A DNA stretch of 64,000 bases from Alphaproteobacteria bacterium (GTDB taxonomy: Bacteria; Pseudomonadota; Alphaproteobacteria; Rickettsiales; UBA998), in contig JAYUJH010000035.1 in NCBI GenBank assembly GCA_043765375.1, forward strand, positions 7,348 to 71,347, in the 5' to 3' direction. Shown here one piece after another: positions 30,626 to 41,048 of this stretch (within the stretch, counting starts at the first letter, position 1; every line of letters starts with the position of its first letter). The notes below the pieces were generated by a model. It worked only from the letters and a program-made list of their open reading frames with translations, was not told the origin of the DNA and searched no databases. A program made the position numbers and the translations under genes.

Positions 30626-30809
30626 AACCATAACAGCGCAATATTAATGCACTATTCAATCTTTTTTGCACATTCATGATTTTATTACAACAGTAAAAAT
30701 TAAAAATGTATAAAAAAAAGCATATGTGATATTTTTGTTGAAATATTGTGACGTTTTTGTCTATAAGCATATTTAAGAATTGGAAAATGTATATTTTGGA
30801 GTAGATATA

Positions 30810-31514
30810 ATGAGAATAAGTGCGGTGAGAATAAGTAAAAAAAATATATTAATGTCATTAGCTGTCGCATTAATGGCGGGCGGGTCGCAGGCTCAAGAAG
30901 CTGCTTATCCTTCAAGCCAACATGGCGAGGGACGTTGGCCAAATTGGTATGTTGGCGTTAAAGGCTCGCTCAATTATGTTGATGATACAAATATTGCATC
31001 TGCCAACAGAAATGTTGGTGACTTAGGTTTTGATTCTGGTTACGGAGTGGCTGGATCAATTGGATATACACCAGGGCCAACGGGAAGCGTGCTAGATTAT
31101 ACTCGCTTTGAGTTTGAAATTGGGCATCGTTTCAATGATTTGGAGAACTTCACCGCTGGCGGAAAAGTTAGCAGTGTTTCTGGTAATATTAAATCATATA
31201 GTTATATGATGAACGCTTATTTTGATTTTGATACTCAAACGCAGGTTAGCCCTTATGTTGGTGCGGGTATTGGTTTGGATACGATTAGCATGAGTTCCAA
31301 AGGGCTTGGCGTTCAAGATGAAGACAAAGTATTCGCATATCAATTTATGGCGGGGCTTGGCTGGCAACCTGAGTTTATGTTGAATACTGTGTTGCAAGTT
31401 GGTTATCGTTATCACGGCACGACTGACCCAACATTCACCGCAAGCACGGGGCAGAGCGTTGAACATGAATATACAACTCACGCATTGGAAGCTGGCGCAA
31501 GATTCAGATTCTAG
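30810..31514 (+). CDS. Outer-membrane beta-barrel protein (OmpA-like/porin family)
   Basis: The signal peptide ends AGGSQAQEA. It has alternating amphipathic strands and the terminal ...GARFRF with an aromatic last residue. Confidence 0.7.
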   Translation: MRISAVRISKKNILMSLAVALMAGGSQAQEAAYPSSQHGEGRWPNWYVGVKGSLNYVDDTNIASANRNVGDLGFDSGYGVAGSIGYTPGPTGSVLDYTRFEFEIGHRFNDLENFTAGGKVSSVSGNIKSYSYMMNAYFDFDTQTQVSPYVGAGIGLDTISMSSKGLGVQDEDKVFAYQFMAGLGWQPEFMLNTVLQVGYRYHGTTDPTFTASTGQSVEHEYTTHALEAGARFRF

Positions 31515-31525
31515 GAAAAACATAT

Positions 31526-31562
31526 CTCGCCTCTGATAGTTAAAATTGGGGGCGAGTTTTGG
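31526..31562 (+). terminator. Candidate intrinsic terminator after the OMP gene
   Basis: ctcgcc...ggcgag stem with an 18-19 nt loop, followed by tttt. Confidence 0.4.
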
Positions 31563-31716
31563 ATTACGGATTTGAGAAAAAATATTTAACTCATATGTGA
31601 ATGCAGATTGAAGTAAAATATTTGAAACATAAATGTTTGAAATGCGGTATTAACATTAATTTGTGATATTAATCTCAATTTATAAGGTTAATCTCAATTC
31701 ACAAGGCTAATATTAA

Positions 31717-33024
31717 GTGTTTAGCTCAAAGAAAATATCTGAATTAAAAACACGATTGGATTTGACAAAGTCATTCAACTCGTCGCAGTCACTTTTTGTT
31801 GTGATTTTTATGGTTATGCAATTTTGTATGCCATCATTTGTAATATATTCGTTTTGGTTTTATCTGTTCATCGCAATTCCAACGATATACATAGTGTTAA
31901 AATATGTGATGGTTGGCCAGAAACAAATATTATCATTAATATGGCAAAATAATGACAGAAAATTGTTATTTTTATTATTCGCATATATCATAATTCACTC
32001 ATTGTTTTTTTATGGAACATTGCAAACAATTCGCCATTCAATAACTAACTTGTTGTTCGTGCTTGCCATGATTATGTTTCATCGCAACTTAAACCAGCAT
32101 AATATGTTGCGATTTATCAGATTAATGTTGTGGGTGGTGGTGATTTGTGGAATTATCTCAATTGCGAAATATGTTGCATTTCCCCACGAAAATGGACGAT
32201 TAATTCCAATTGGGCAGAATAATCACGCTATTTTAGGCGCAAATATATATGCTTTATTCTCGCTGATGGGGTTATGTTTGTGGCGCAGGGTTGAAAATAT
32301 TTCACCAAATTATATGCCAACTGGTGAATTATTGGGTGTCACAGCTTCGCATCAGAACATAAAAGATAAAATGTTGGTTGTTGCTGCATTTTTGGTAACC
32401 GCAATTTTGATTTTGCTCACCCAAAGTAGAGGGCCGTTAATTGCGTTTTGTTGCAGCGGGGCAGTTGGTTTGCTGATGATGCGCCATTATAAAATATTCG
32501 CTGCATCATTAATAATCATCGCAATTTTAATCGCTGATATGTGGTTTTTTTATTACAATAATTATAGCATTCTTCCGCTCGCTGAATATTACGAATATTT
32601 GCTTGATGCGCTCCACCGCAAATCACATCGGTTGGAGATTTGGCAGCTTGCATGGCAGTTAATCGCTAGACAACCTGTGTTTGGCTATGGTATGCAAGCA
32701 ACATTTCCTTATGGTTATGCGGGAGTAAATCCTCACAATTTGTTCATCTCAACATGGTATTATACGGGCATCATGGGGTTTGTTTTGTTGCTCGCAATTG
32801 TGATGAATGCGTTGGTTAATTTATATAAAAATCATAGCCAAGATATTGCTTTTATTGGCTTTTTACTGTTAATCCATGGCGTGATTGCGTGTTTGACCGA
32901 TCAAGGGCAGTTAGTCAAAACACCATCACCATTATGGTTTATATTTTGGTGGCCAATCGCCAATTCATGCGCTATTTCCTATCAAAACACTATAGTTGAG
33001 AAAACTATAGTTGAAAAAAACTAA
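31717..33024 (+). CDS. O-antigen ligase family (Wzy_C) membrane protein
   Basis: 435 aa and polytopic. It has LTQSRGPLIAF and a large loop with HRKSHRLEIWQ...GYG...NPHN, as in the WaaL/O-antigen ligase family. Confidence 0.7.
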   Translation: MFSSKKISELKTRLDLTKSFNSSQSLFVVIFMVMQFCMPSFVIYSFWFYLFIAIPTIYIVLKYVMVGQKQILSLIWQNNDRKLLFLLFAYIIIHSLFFYGTLQTIRHSITNLLFVLAMIMFHRNLNQHNMLRFIRLMLWVVVICGIISIAKYVAFPHENGRLIPIGQNNHAILGANIYALFSLMGLCLWRRVENISPNYMPTGELLGVTASHQNIKDKMLVVAAFLVTAILILLTQSRGPLIAFCCSGAVGLLMMRHYKIFAASLIIIAILIADMWFFYYNNYSILPLAEYYEYLLDALHRKSHRLEIWQLAWQLIARQPVFGYGMQATFPYGYAGVNPHNLFISTWYYTGIMGFVLLLAIVMNALVNLYKNHSQDIAFIGFLLLIHGVIACLTDQGQLVKTPSPLWFIFWWPIANSCAISYQNTIVEKTIVEKN

Positions 33025-33087
33025 TCTCAAAAAAAGCATAGCCAAGCATATCGCATTAAAAAAACATAATGCTTAAGCTAAAAACAC

Positions 33088-33549
33088 TCAAGCAATGTGA
33101 AACCAATTTAGCAAAATCATCGTAATTACCGCTATAGTGATGTTGCGGCGCAGCAACCAAAACCAATATGGAATTAAGTTGATTTGTTGCATGAAATGTT
33201 CAATTTTTAGCAGGCTCAAAAACCCACCAATCAGCAATAACCATGCGATATTTTGCGGAAATAATAGCACCGCAACCCACGCAATTAATGCGGGAATCAC
33301 GCTCAAAATCAATAACCACCCTGCTAAACTACTATTTCCTTTGGTGTGCAGCACGCCTCCCCACATTATTCCACCTAAGAAAGAGAGGATTATAGCGGCG
33401 TAGGATAAAAAAATAAAATACGCAGATACGCCAAAAAAACCACTTAACCAATTAATATTTAGCCAAATCTCCAATGTTGCCCATGCAAATGGTAGCACCC
33501 CTAAAATGCTCAAAGCCCACGCTTTTTTGATGATATATTGTTCATTCAT
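33088..33549 (-). CDS. DUF3429-like small membrane protein
   Basis: 153 aa with 4-5 TM segments. The FLGGIMWG motif is reminiscent of DUF3429. Confidence 0.5.
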   Translation of the reverse strand: MNEQYIIKKAWALSILGVLPFAWATLEIWLNINWLSGFFGVSAYFIFLSYAAIILSFLGGIMWGGVLHTKGNSSLAGWLLILSVIPALIAWVAVLLFPQNIAWLLLIGGFLSLLKIEHFMQQINLIPYWFWLLRRNITIAVITMILLNWFHIA

Positions 33550-33620
33550 GATATATATATAGTCTAATATCGTTTGAATAACAATAAAATTGGCGATAAC
33601 AAACTATAGGAGTTAAAGAT

Positions 33621-35129
33621 TTGAATGCAAATGATGAAGGGTTGCTGGCGCGAATATGGGTGATTGAATCGGCGCATTCAATTGTCAATCCTAAATCTGG
33701 TTCTGGGGCAGGAGTTGGAGCAGGGCTTGATGGTTGCTTGCATAAATTGCGCAAAAACAAGGCGATAACTCATCAGGATAAGATATTTGCAGAGCATTTA
33801 TTGCGGTTAATATTGAAGAATAAAACAAGATATGATGTTTTATTGCAACAATTCATGGCAAATATCGGTAATATGCCAAGTTTAGCGATGATAATATTAT
33901 ATGCGGGAGTTGCGCAGATTCACCATATGAATGTGCCAAATTATGCCGCAGTGAACACATGTGTTGAGCTTGCCAAACATTATAGGTTAGGCAAAATTGC
34001 AGGTTTAGTTAATGCGGTGTTGAAGAAGGTGATTTCGGGAGAATTATGTGAGAACATGTTGGGTGATGCGCCTGAATGGTTGCGCTCACGCTTAATTAAT
34101 GATTATGGCGAACAAGTTGCAGCGCAAATATGGAGTGCATCGCTTGCGGATATTAATTATGTGGATTTGAGTTTTAAGGCGGAATTGAGTGATACGCAAA
34201 TGCAAAAATCATCACAAAGTGCTTTGCAAGGTGTTTTACGAAAATCATCACAAATCCAAGATGATTTACCAGAAGAATTGCCCATAGAACTGAAGGGCGA
34301 ACCTCGGGGTGAACTGGAGGACGAACTGGGGGGCGAATTGCACATAATAGGGCAGAGTTTGCGCTATTTTAATGTTGGTAAAATCACAGAGTTAGATGGA
34401 TATAATGACGGCGATTGGTGGGTGCAAGATTTGGCAGCATCATTGCCTATTTATGGAGCAAAACATTTGCTTGAGGGCAAAAATATCATTGATTTATGCG
34501 CTGCTCCCGGTGGGAAAACTATGCAGCTTGCTGCATTTGGAGGAAAGGTTTTGGCGGTTGATAGGTCAAAGAAACGTTTGGAATTGCTTGATGAAAACTT
34601 GCAGCGCACCAAATTGCAAGCGCAAATGCAGCATAGAGATTTATTGAAGGGCGGTGATTTATTAAAGAGCGGGGATTTATCCACCAAGTATGAGGTTGCT
34701 CAAAATGATATAAATCAATATGATTTTGTGGTGCTAGATGCGCCATGTTCAGCAACGGGAACTTTGCGTCGCAATCCTGATATATTATATCAATTAGGCA
34801 ATGAAGATATAGCAAAATTATGCGTGGTTCAACAGCAATTATTGCAAGTGGCAGCTTCAATGGTGGCGAATGGTGGATATTTGCTATATGTGGTATGTTC
34901 ATTGTTCAAACAAGAGGGGGAGCAGCAGATTGAAACATTTTTGCAACAAAGTAAGTCCACCAATTCTGCGTATTCGCCTAATTCTTCACAGTCATTCAAG
35001 TTGGTGCAATTTAACTTGCCAAGCATAGTTCTCAACAATGCGGGGCAGATGCGAACTTTACCGTTTTTGCATTCAGAACATGGTGGCATGGACGGATTTT
35101 TCGCTGCTTTATTGCAAAAAATTGGTTAA
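33621..35129 (+). CDS. rsmB: 16S rRNA (cytosine-C5)-methyltransferase RsmB/Sun family
   Basis: DLCAAPGGKT is the SAM motif and VLDAPCSATGTLRRNPD holds the catalytic Cys. The N-terminus is NusB-like. Two repeat insertions are present. Confidence 0.82.
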   Translation: MNANDEGLLARIWVIESAHSIVNPKSGSGAGVGAGLDGCLHKLRKNKAITHQDKIFAEHLLRLILKNKTRYDVLLQQFMANIGNMPSLAMIILYAGVAQIHHMNVPNYAAVNTCVELAKHYRLGKIAGLVNAVLKKVISGELCENMLGDAPEWLRSRLINDYGEQVAAQIWSASLADINYVDLSFKAELSDTQMQKSSQSALQGVLRKSSQIQDDLPEELPIELKGEPRGELEDELGGELHIIGQSLRYFNVGKITELDGYNDGDWWVQDLAASLPIYGAKHLLEGKNIIDLCAAPGGKTMQLAAFGGKVLAVDRSKKRLELLDENLQRTKLQAQMQHRDLLKGGDLLKSGDLSTKYEVAQNDINQYDFVVLDAPCSATGTLRRNPDILYQLGNEDIAKLCVVQQQLLQVAASMVANGGYLLYVVCSLFKQEGEQQIETFLQQSKSTNSAYSPNSSQSFKLVQFNLPSIVLNNAGQMRTLPFLHSEHGGMDGFFAALLQKIG

Positions 35130-35142
35130 TATAAATCATATA

Positions 35143-35793
35143 ATGAAACAATCATTTGCACAGCAATTTTTACCGTTAGCAATCAAACAAAAATCGCAAT
35201 TAATGGTGGGTAATGCGAATGAGTTAGCATATAAATATTTAATTGAACGCAATAATTGGTTGACGCATGTTTGCTTTCTCGCAGGTGAAGAGGGTAGCGG
35301 GAAAACTATGTTAGCCTATGAGTGGCGTCATAAGTTTAATGCGATAGATATAGATTTATTTAATTATACGCCCGCAATGCAACTTGGTAAAAATTATTAT
35401 TTAATTGATGATTTGCCAAGTTTTGATTCGCTTCATCAGCCACTTTTTAATTTGATTAATGCAATAAAAAATGCAGGCGCAAAATTATTATTATGTTCCA
35501 GCAATACCCCGTCATATTATCCAACTCAGCTTGCGGATTTATCTTCACGCTTGAAGGCAGCGGATTTTGTGGAGATTTCCTCCCCTGATGATGCAATGTT
35601 AAAAGCGGTTATGTTGGCGCATTTAGCAGCAAAACAGCTTAAAGTGGAGGGGCAGTTGCTTGATTATTTGTTAAAGCGAATTAACCGTTCATGCAAGGAG
35701 GCGGTGGCGGTGCTTGATGAATTAGACGAATATTCGCAAAGCCTAAATGCAGAAATCACGATTAATATGGCAAAAATTGCCCTTAATTTTTGA
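35143..35793 (+). CDS. hdaA: DnaA-related AAA+ protein, HdaA-like
   Basis: About 216 aa. The Walker A is GEEGSGKT, and the size and layout resemble Hda/HdaA. I chose the ATG at 35143. Confidence 0.55.
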   Translation: MKQSFAQQFLPLAIKQKSQLMVGNANELAYKYLIERNNWLTHVCFLAGEEGSGKTMLAYEWRHKFNAIDIDLFNYTPAMQLGKNYYLIDDLPSFDSLHQPLFNLINAIKNAGAKLLLCSSNTPSYYPTQLADLSSRLKAADFVEISSPDDAMLKAVMLAHLAAKQLKVEGQLLDYLLKRINRSCKEAVAVLDELDEYSQSLNAEITINMAKIALNF

Positions 35794-35900
35794 AATATCA
35801 ACAACTTATGAAATATTAACATTTTATAATATCATTTTCATTTGTATGAAATATGCTAATTAGGCTATATATATTTATTGAATAATTGGGACTTAAATAA

Positions 35901-37160
35901 ATGAGAAAAATTGCGGTGATTGGGTCTGGTATTTCGGGGCTTGGAGCAGCATATTTGTTGCAACATCAATATGACGTAACATTATTTGAAAAGCAACATC
36001 GCCTCGGTGGACATGCCCGCACCGTTAATGTGAATTATGCGGGTGAGGAAATTGCGGTTGATACTGGATTTATCGTATTTAATTATCGCAATTATCCGCA
36101 TTTGACGGCAATGTTTAAGCATTTAGATGTGCCAGTGAAATTGAGTGATATGTCGCTAGGTTTGAGCCTCGGGGGGGGGAAGTTTGAGTGGGGTTGCCAA
36201 GGTTTGAGTGCTGTGTTTGCACAAAAAAGCAACATTATAAGCCCGAGATTTTGGGGTATGATTAAGGATATTTTGCGTTTTAATAAATGTGTGCATCAGT
36301 TCAAAAACTCTAATCTAACGCTTGGCGAAATATTGTTGCAACTCAAAATGGGTGAGGATTTTAAGAACCGCTTTTTGTTGCCAACCGCAGGGGCAATATG
36401 GAGCTGTTCACCGCAACAAATATTAGATTTTCCTGCTAGTTCATTCATTAACTTCTTTGATAATCATGGGTTATTGACGGTGAATGATCAACCAAAATGG
36501 TGGACTGTTGACGGTGGTAGCATTGAATATGTTAATCGTATTGCTGCTAATTTTAAGGGTGAAATCAAGCTAAATGCCAATATCTCAAGTGTCCGACGTG
36601 CTGATGACAAAAATAATGTGATGGTTGAGGTGATTAATGACGGCGAGGTAATGCTATTTGATGAGGTGGTTTTTGCCACTCATAGCGATCAGGCTTTGCG
36701 GTTGCTGGTTGATGCTGGGACTGACGAAACAAATATTTTATCCAACATAACATATCAAAAAAATCACGCTTATTTGCATCGTGATAATTCGCTTATGCCA
36801 AAACGCAAAGCCGCATGGGCAAGTTGGAACTATTTATGCGATGATGTGGTTGATGAAAACGCGCATATCACTTTGACTTATTGGATGAATAGATTGCAAT
36901 CAATTCCGCATGATAAACCATTATTTGTGACGCTAAACCCTGCTAAAACGCCCCGTGATGAGATGATTTATGACCAAGTAACATTTGAGCACCCTGTTTA
37001 TAATCAAGCAGCATTGCAGGCACAAACTGAAATGATTAATATTCAAGGGGGCAGGGGAGTATGGTTTTGTGGTGCTTATATGCGCTATGGTTTTCATGAA
37101 GATGGGTTAAATAGTGCGGTTGAAGTGGCAAAAATGCTCGGGGTTGAAGTTCCGTGGTGA
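35901..37160 (+). CDS. NAD(P)/FAD-dependent oxidoreductase (amine-oxidase fold) of the cfa cluster
   Basis: KIAVIGSGISGLGAAYLL is a Rossmann motif. It is the first gene of the conserved oxidoreductase-DUF1365-CFA synthase trio. It contains a G9 run. Confidence 0.8.
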   Translation: MRKIAVIGSGISGLGAAYLLQHQYDVTLFEKQHRLGGHARTVNVNYAGEEIAVDTGFIVFNYRNYPHLTAMFKHLDVPVKLSDMSLGLSLGGGKFEWGCQGLSAVFAQKSNIISPRFWGMIKDILRFNKCVHQFKNSNLTLGEILLQLKMGEDFKNRFLLPTAGAIWSCSPQQILDFPASSFINFFDNHGLLTVNDQPKWWTVDGGSIEYVNRIAANFKGEIKLNANISSVRRADDKNNVMVEVINDGEVMLFDEVVFATHSDQALRLLVDAGTDETNILSNITYQKNHAYLHRDNSLMPKRKAAWASWNYLCDDVVDENAHITLTYWMNRLQSIPHDKPLFVTLNPAKTPRDEMIYDQVTFEHPVYNQAALQAQTEMINIQGGRGVWFCGAYMRYGFHEDGLNSAVEVAKMLGVEVPW

Positions 37161-37975
37161 CATCAAGTGAAGATATATTAAGTGAAAACACATTAAACAA
37201 AAATATCAATAATCAATTATTGGTGGCAAAGGTGATGCACCGCCGTAATATTCCCAAACATAATGCTTTTTGTTATGGTGTGTGTTATCTCAGCTTTAAT
37301 TTATCGCAACTTTCAAGCATCAAAAACAAGTTGTTAGGCGTTGACGGGCGGGGAATATTTAGCTTTAACCAAGCAGATCATGGTGAGAAAAATCAAACGA
37401 ATATCCAAACGAATGAACAATGGATTGAAAATATTTTGCAGCAATATGGATTGGAAAATATCGCAAATGGTGAGGTGTTGGTTGTTGCAATGCCCCGTAT
37501 GTTTGGCTATTTGTTTAACCCCGTTAGTTTTTGGTTTTGCTATGATGTGCAGTTACAATTGCGAGCGGTGATTTCTGAGGTGAATAACACATTTCGTGAA
37601 GCACATCATTATATCAGTTTTCATGATGATATGCGCCCAATTAAAGGCGATGATTGGCTGAAATCAGAGAAAGTTTTTCATGTTTCGCCCTTCATGAAAA
37701 TTGAAGGAGAATATCAATATCGGTTCATGGCTGATGCAACCAAGTTCGCTGTTTGGATAAATTATTATGTTGATGATAAATTAACGTTGGAAACCTCGTT
37801 GATTGGTAAGCGCATATCACTAAACATATTTAATTTGTTGAAATATAATATTCGCTATCCACTTGCATCATTGCGGGTGATGGGGTTGATTCATTGGCAG
37901 GCAATTAAGCTAATATCCAAACGAATTAAATATAATAATAAACCAGTTCCACCAATAATTAAGGTTACTAGATGA
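37154..37975 (+). CDS. DUF1365 family protein
   Basis: 273 aa. The VMHRRNIPKHNAFCYGVCYLSFNL pattern, and its position between the oxidoreductase and the CFA synthase, fit DUF1365. Confidence 0.7.
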   Translation: MVTSSEDILSENTLNKNINNQLLVAKVMHRRNIPKHNAFCYGVCYLSFNLSQLSSIKNKLLGVDGRGIFSFNQADHGEKNQTNIQTNEQWIENILQQYGLENIANGEVLVVAMPRMFGYLFNPVSFWFCYDVQLQLRAVISEVNNTFREAHHYISFHDDMRPIKGDDWLKSEKVFHVSPFMKIEGEYQYRFMADATKFAVWINYYVDDKLTLETSLIGKRISLNIFNLLKYNIRYPLASLRVMGLIHWQAIKLISKRIKYNNKPVPPIIKVTR

Positions 37976-39165
37976 AAAAGTTAATTAGATATAAAGTTAT
38001 TACGCATTTTTTGCGCAATATGACGCAATTAGAGTTTGGTAGCTTACGAATTATCACTCCAAAAGGTGCGGTGAAAGAGTTTGTTGGCAAAAATAATGCG
38101 GGCGATTTGCAAGCAGAGCTAAAATTGCATGATTGGGACGTGCTGGTGAATGCTGCCAAGCGTGGTGATATTGGGTTGGGGGAAGATTATATTGCAGGCA
38201 AGTGGGAAAGCCCTGATATAGGTGCGTTGATTGAGGTTTTTTTGCGTAATATGCAATGTTTTGAAGGCTTTGCACATGGCAATCAACTGAACTTAGTTGC
38301 ATTTCGGTTATATAACTTCATGAGGCGCAACAATAAAAGTGGTTCTCGGCGTAATATCAAAGCGCATTATGACGTAGGCAATGATTTTTATCAATTATGG
38401 CTTGATGATTCCATGACATATTCTTCCGCATTATATGATGGTGCAGAATTATCCCTCAGCCAAGCGCAGGCGAATAAATATGCTCGCATTTTGAGCAAAA
38501 TATCCAAGCCAAATGCTAATATTTTAGAGATTGGGTGCGGGTGGGGCAGTTTTGCTGCTAATGCGGCGCATTCGCATCACAATGTTACTGCATTAACTAT
38601 TTCGCAAGCCCAGCATGATTTTGCCAAAACTGCAATAGCCAAGCAAGGTTTGCAATCACGGGCGCAAATCAAATTGCAGGATTATCGCGAGGCAACGGGG
38701 CAATATGATGCGATTGTTTCTATTGAAATGTTTGAAGCGGTGGGTGAACAATATTGGGCGTCATATTTTCAAACAATTAAAGCACGCTTAAAACCAGAAG
38801 GGGTTGCGGTGGTGCAAACTATCACGATTGACGATTTATTATTTGATGATTATCGTAAGCGTAGCGATTTTATTCGCCAATATACATTTCCGGGGGGGCT
38901 GCTGCCATCAATTGCAAGATTTGTGGAAGAGGCTGCCAAGGTTGGGCTTGAATGCAAAGAAATATATCCTTTTGGTTTGGATTATGCTAAAACATTATCA
39001 GAATGGTTGGTGCGGTTTGATTTGGCTGCGGAGCAAATTAAAGCGATGGGTTATAGTGAGCAATTCATGCGATCATGGCGGTTTTATATGGGAATGTGCA
39101 TCGGTGCATTTAATGCGGGGCGCACTAATGTGGTGCAAGTTGAACTAGTTCATGCAACAAATTAA
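37972..39165 (+). CDS. cfa: Cyclopropane-fatty-acyl-phospholipid synthase family methyltransferase
   Basis: 397 aa. HYDVGNDFYQLWLDDSMTYSSALY and the SAM motif ILEIGCGWGSFA match the CFA synthase family. Confidence 0.88.
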   Translation: MKKLIRYKVITHFLRNMTQLEFGSLRIITPKGAVKEFVGKNNAGDLQAELKLHDWDVLVNAAKRGDIGLGEDYIAGKWESPDIGALIEVFLRNMQCFEGFAHGNQLNLVAFRLYNFMRRNNKSGSRRNIKAHYDVGNDFYQLWLDDSMTYSSALYDGAELSLSQAQANKYARILSKISKPNANILEIGCGWGSFAANAAHSHHNVTALTISQAQHDFAKTAIAKQGLQSRAQIKLQDYREATGQYDAIVSIEMFEAVGEQYWASYFQTIKARLKPEGVAVVQTITIDDLLFDDYRKRSDFIRQYTFPGGLLPSIARFVEEAAKVGLECKEIYPFGLDYAKTLSEWLVRFDLAAEQIKAMGYSEQFMRSWRFYMGMCIGAFNAGRTNVVQVELVHATN

Positions 39166-39183
39166 TGATATTTAGGGCTTGAT

Positions 39184-39765
39184 ATGGTGCATAAATATAA
39201 CAAAATAGCTATAATACTCCACTGGGTGATGGCGATTTGCATCATCGCCATGATTGCTGTTGGTTACGTGATGGTGAATGTTGATTTGCCAAAAATGTTG
39301 CAATTTGAGTTATATCAATATCATAAATCACTCGGCGTTTGCTTGTTGCTAGCATTTTTTTTGCGCTTGCTGGTGCGGATAATTTCAGCAAAGCCAAAAT
39401 TGCCTGATGCAATGAAACCATATGAGAAAATAGCTGCAAAATTGGGTCATTTATTGTTATATATATTAATGTTTGTGATGCCATTTAGCGGTTGGTTGTT
39501 GATATCTAGCAGTCCATATGGGTTGCCGACAATTGTGTTTGGTGCATTTGAGTTTCCACATTTTCCAAATATTGCGGGCAATCATGATGTTCACGAATTA
39601 TCAGAAAATGCGCATGAAATCATGGCTTATGTGTTTGCGGCGATAATTTTGTTGCATATTGCAGCGGTGGTTAAGCATTATTTGATTGACCATGAAAATC
39701 TGTTACCACGAATGGGTGTAGGCAGGGCTAAACAAAAAACACTTGAAATGAAGGATAAATCATGA
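39184..39765 (+). CDS. Cytochrome b561 family protein
   Basis: 193 aa with 4 TM segments. The conserved His residues (ILHWVMA, YHKSLG, HEIMAY, LLHIAAV) follow the CybB-like pattern. Confidence 0.75.
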   Translation: MVHKYNKIAIILHWVMAICIIAMIAVGYVMVNVDLPKMLQFELYQYHKSLGVCLLLAFFLRLLVRIISAKPKLPDAMKPYEKIAAKLGHLLLYILMFVMPFSGWLLISSSPYGLPTIVFGAFEFPHFPNIAGNHDVHELSENAHEIMAYVFAAIILLHIAAVVKHYLIDHENLLPRMGVGRAKQKTLEMKDKS

Positions 39766-40376
39766 AAAAATTAATTATATTATTTGCAATATTAATATTA
39801 TCGCAAGCAAATATTGCTGATGCGTCAGGGGTTGTTGCCGCAAAGTTTGTGGTGGATAAATCACAAAGCTATATCCAATTTTCAGGCAAACATGCGGGCA
39901 AGGAGTTTAAGGGCGAGTTTGAGGAGTGGGAAGCAGAGATTGAGTTTGATGCAAATAATTTGCAGGAAAGTTCGGTGGTGGTGATTATAGATACTGGTTC
40001 TGCCAAAACTGGTGATGCAATTTATGACGGAACATTGCCTAATAAAGATTGGTTTGATGTTAAAAATTATCAAAAATCCATCTTCAAAAGTCGCAAAATC
40101 AGCAAAAATGGAGAAACCACAAAGGGAGGAACCAAAAAGGGAGAAACATTTACGATGATTGGCGATTTAACCATCAAAAACATAACTCAAGCCATGCAGT
40201 TTGACTTTGCCTTAAGTTCGCAAGTTGATGATACGCAAAATACGAAAACTATAGCCAAGTTTGCATTGCCATTTTCACGTTTGAAGTTTGGGATTGGGGT
40301 GGAATCTGATGCTGAAGCTGAGTGGGTTGATGATGAAATAAAGTTGGAGGTGCTAGTCGTATCACGACCAAAGTAA
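39762..40376 (+). CDS. YceI family periplasmic protein
   Basis: It has a signal peptide. SYIQFSGKHAGKEFKGEFEEWEAEIEFD is the YceI pattern. It overlaps the cytochrome b561 gene by 4 nt. Confidence 0.75.
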   Translation: MKKLIILFAILILSQANIADASGVVAAKFVVDKSQSYIQFSGKHAGKEFKGEFEEWEAEIEFDANNLQESSVVVIIDTGSAKTGDAIYDGTLPNKDWFDVKNYQKSIFKSRKISKNGETTKGGTKKGETFTMIGDLTIKNITQAMQFDFALSSQVDDTQNTKTIAKFALPFSRLKFGIGVESDAEAEWVDDEIKLEVLVVSRPK

Positions 40377-40424
40377 GATTCGTATCACGACCAAAGTAAG
40401 ATTCGTTTCACGACCAAAACACAG
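40357..40424. repeat. 23-bp tandem repeat x2.9 spanning the yceI stop codon
   Basis: tcgtatcacgaccaaagtaagat occurs twice exactly (40357-40379 and 40380-40402). A diverged third unit, tcgtttcacgaccaaaacacag, follows. Confidence 0.9.
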
Positions 40425-40457
40425 TTTGCTTACCAATTAAAATCGTCAACCAACTAA

Positions 40458-40928
40458 CTACTTGCTGAGTGGCACACCATAAAGCTCAAGGCGGTGACCA
40501 ACTAATTCATACCCCAATTCACGGGCGATAATTTCTTGCAGCCGTTCAATTTCCTCATTATTAAACTCAATAATCGTCCCACTGCGCACATCTATCAAAT
40601 GATCGTGATGGCTATTGCTTGTTTCTTCATAGCGAGATTTTCCATCGCCAAAATCATGGCGTTCAATCACTCCAGATTCCTCCAGCAACTTCACCGTGCG
40701 ATAAACCGTGGCAATGCTAATATTTGCATCAATTGCGCTTGCCCGTTGATATAATGTTTCAACATCGGGGTGATCGCTTGCATCTGAAAGCACCCGTGCG
40801 ATGATGCGTCGTTGTTCTGTCATTTTTAGGCCGATATCAGCACATTTTTTCTCTAAACTATCAATTTTCAAGTTATTAGTCTCTGAATTCTTAATCGCTG
40901 AACCCTTAATCGCTGAATTTTCAGTCAT
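40458..40928 (-). CDS. fur: Fur family transcriptional regulator
   Basis: 156 aa. It has the winged helix TEQRRIIARVL...ISIATVYRTVKLL and the metal site HHDHLIDV. Confidence 0.82.
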   Translation of the reverse strand: MTENSAIKGSAIKNSETNNLKIDSLEKKCADIGLKMTEQRRIIARVLSDASDHPDVETLYQRASAIDANISIATVYRTVKLLEESGVIERHDFGDGKSRYEETSNSHHDHLIDVRSGTIIEFNNEEIERLQEIIARELGYELVGHRLELYGVPLSK

Positions 40929-41048
40929 ATGTGCAATCCTTATTTTGTTGCCATGTTTTGTTGAAATATTTTATAAAATAAATATTTTATTTTAGCAACT
41001 TATGTTTTTTTGATTTTTAATTAATGATTATTATGATATAATTAATTT

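Noticed and set aside
30465-30809. Possible integrated island next to tRNA-Leu.
   Set aside because: There is no integrase, no direct repeat of the tRNA 3' end, and no compositional break. The neighbours are hisA and an ordinary OMP gene.
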